16,029 nt of DNA from a virus. Taxonomy: Duplodnaviria; Heunggongvirae; Uroviricota; Caudoviricetes. Numbering within the stretch: position 1 is the first letter of the stretch; each line of letters opens with the position of its first letter. This document shows positions 14,331-16,029 of the stretch, piece after piece. Below the pieces are notes generated by a model. That model was not told the origin of the DNA. It saw nothing but the letters and a program-made list of their open reading frames with translations, and made no database searches. The stretch lies in the IMG/VR virus record IMGVR_UViG_2684622579_000002, one strand, 5' to 3'. The position numbers and the translations under genes are program-made.

Positions 14331-16029
14331 ACTATATAGCATACCAGAATCTTTTGAGCCAGTAAGCTTTGATAGTGGCATCAATATCATCTTAGGTGAA
14401 AAAGATGTTTCATCTAACAAAACTAATGGAGTGGGTAAAACTCTTTTAATAGAGTTTATTAATTTTTGTTTATTAAAAGAATTTAAGTCGAGTAGAGTTT
14501 CTAAAATTCCTCATTCTGATTTTTCGAAAGACATTTTGATATGCCTTGATTTTAATATTGATAATATTAACATTATATCCCAGCGTTCTATTGGGAAACA
14601 TAATGAGCCAACACTTGTAATAAATGGAAAAACAATAGAGTTTAGTGGATTAGATGATGCGTTATCTCATTTAAGCAATCTTATCTTTAAGAATAGTAAG
14701 GGTATACTTCATCCATCATTTAGAGCGATGCTGGGGCCTCTGATACGCGATGAACGATCTGAATTTAAATCTATTGTTGAGTGCTTCGACACAAAATTAC
14801 ATATACCTGCTGACTATACTCCTCATCTTTATTTGTTAGGTATTGATATTGCTCCCTATAAAGAGGCAAAGATTTTACAACGAGAAATAGATGATTTATC
14901 AACTACAAAAAATAAAATAAAGAGAGATATTGAATTTCTGACGGGAAAAAAAATTAGTTCTGCAAAGGCAGAGGTTAATGATCTTAAATCAAAAGTTGAA
15001 CATATCAGAAACGCTATGGATGCATTTGATAGCGATAGCAGTTATGAACTTATCAAAGATGAAGTAGAAGAATTAGAAAGTTCTTTAGAAGAGTTGCGGA
15101 ATAAAAGAACAATACTTAAGTTAGAGCTTTCAAGAATAAATGCTCTCGTTGGTGAAGTATACATAAATGATGATGAAGTAGTTGAAATTTATAATAAATT
15201 TAAAGTTGGATTAGGTGATGCTATCAAAAAAGAACTTAATGATGTTATTTCATTTAAGAAAAAAATAGATCACTTCCAAAACACTTTGTTAAATACGCGA
15301 AAAGAAACATTACTTTCTGAATTGCGTAAGATATCAGATAAGCTATATACAGTAAATAGACTTTATAAAGAAAAAGCTAGTGTTTTTGAGCAGGCGGGGG
15401 GGTTTAAAAGCCTGAAAATTTTAATAATGACTTATCAGAAAAAGTTAGAGGAGTATTCACAGTTATCTTCATTGCTTAAAAAATTTGAAGATTTCGATTC
15501 TAAATGGAAAGTTAAGAAGTCAGAACGCTCTTCTATGATAATTTCGTTAGATCTTTCTATTATGGATAACGAAAAAACGATTGAATCTTTTGAGGAAACC
15601 ATTTTATCAATCCATGAATATGTTTTTGGAAATAGAAAGTGTTCTTTCGAAATTAAGGCGACAGAGAAGAAAGAAACTATCTCAATGGATTTAAGAATTG
15701 ATGATGACGGTAGTCATAGTAATGAGCGAGAAAAGGTTTTCTTTTATGATTTGGCTCTTTTACTTACAGAAGAAACGTTTCGACGTCACCCTGGATTATT
15801 AATTCATGATAATATTTTTGATGTGGATCAAGATACATTAATTAAAAGCTTGAATTATTTGGCAGAGAAATCCAGTTGCTTAAATGATGCACAATATATT
15901 TTGACGTTAAATAGCGACAAAATTAGTGAAATTGATAAAAGAGATTTGAAACTAGATATTAACTTCTATAAGCGAGCTTCGTTAACTAAAATAAATAGAT
16001 TCCTGGGAAGGCATTATCAAGAAATATAA
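14314..16029 (+). CDS. ABC/SMC-type coiled-coil ATPase (571 aa; the ORF ends exactly at the window edge)
   Basis: N-terminal P-loop region NIILGEKDVSSNKTNGVGKTLLIEF; long charged helical middle (EAKILQREIDDLSTTKNKIKRDIEFL...); C-terminal Walker B-like GLLIHDNIFDVD. TAA at 16027-16029. Confidence 0.8.
   Translation: MLRINKLYSIPESFEPVSFDSGINIILGEKDVSSNKTNGVGKTLLIEFINFCLLKEFKSSRVSKIPHSDFSKDILICLDFNIDNINIISQRSIGKHNEPTLVINGKTIEFSGLDDALSHLSNLIFKNSKGILHPSFRAMLGPLIRDERSEFKSIVECFDTKLHIPADYTPHLYLLGIDIAPYKEAKILQREIDDLSTTKNKIKRDIEFLTGKKISSAKAEVNDLKSKVEHIRNAMDAFDSDSSYELIKDEVEELESSLEELRNKRTILKLELSRINALVGEVYINDDEVVEIYNKFKVGLGDAIKKELNDVISFKKKIDHFQNTLLNTRKETLLSELRKISDKLYTVNRLYKEKASVFEQAGGFKSLKILIMTYQKKLEEYSQLSSLLKKFEDFDSKWKVKKSERSSMIISLDLSIMDNEKTIESFEETILSIHEYVFGNRKCSFEIKATEKKETISMDLRIDDDGSHSNEREKVFFYDLALLLTEETFRRHPGLLIHDNIFDVDQDTLIKSLNYLAEKSSCLNDAQYILTLNSDKISEIDKRDLKLDINFYKRASLTKINRFLGRHYQEI

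Noticed and set aside
14226-14420. Minus-strand ORF 14226-14420
   Set aside because: Antisense across the junction of two coupled genes of the three-gene operon; AT-rich chance frame.

Overview
The window appears to span the junction of two horizontally acquired elements. Left part (1-3700, AT-rich): a complete Pin/Hin-family DNA invertase gene, a GIY-YIG nuclease-domain gene bracketed by two near-identical hairpin repeats, a DUF2971-like gene and a membrane-anchored coiled-coil protein gene. At 3755-3800 there is a 46-nt 3' fragment of a tRNA-Thr(CGU)-like gene with no 5' half, which I read as an att core. Right part (3965-16029): a P4-type satellite-phage-like element with a P4-family tyrosine integrase, a translationally coupled unknown gene, an AlpA-family regulator, an unannotated divergent Arc-like ribbon-helix-helix gene with twin palindromic operators, four small coupled genes, a P4-alpha-like primase-helicase, an iteron cluster immediately downstream of the primase, a TGT-N12-ACA late-promoter motif, Sid/Psu-family genes and an Ogr/Delta zinc-finger activator, then a terminator and a repeat-rich non-coding stretch. 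The most interesting region is the final AT-rich three-gene operon (13123-16029): putative effector, small protein and coiled-coil ABC/SMC-type ATPase, in the position where P4-like satellites carry variable anti-phage cargo. All family assignments are from motif recognition by eye; no database search was possible.
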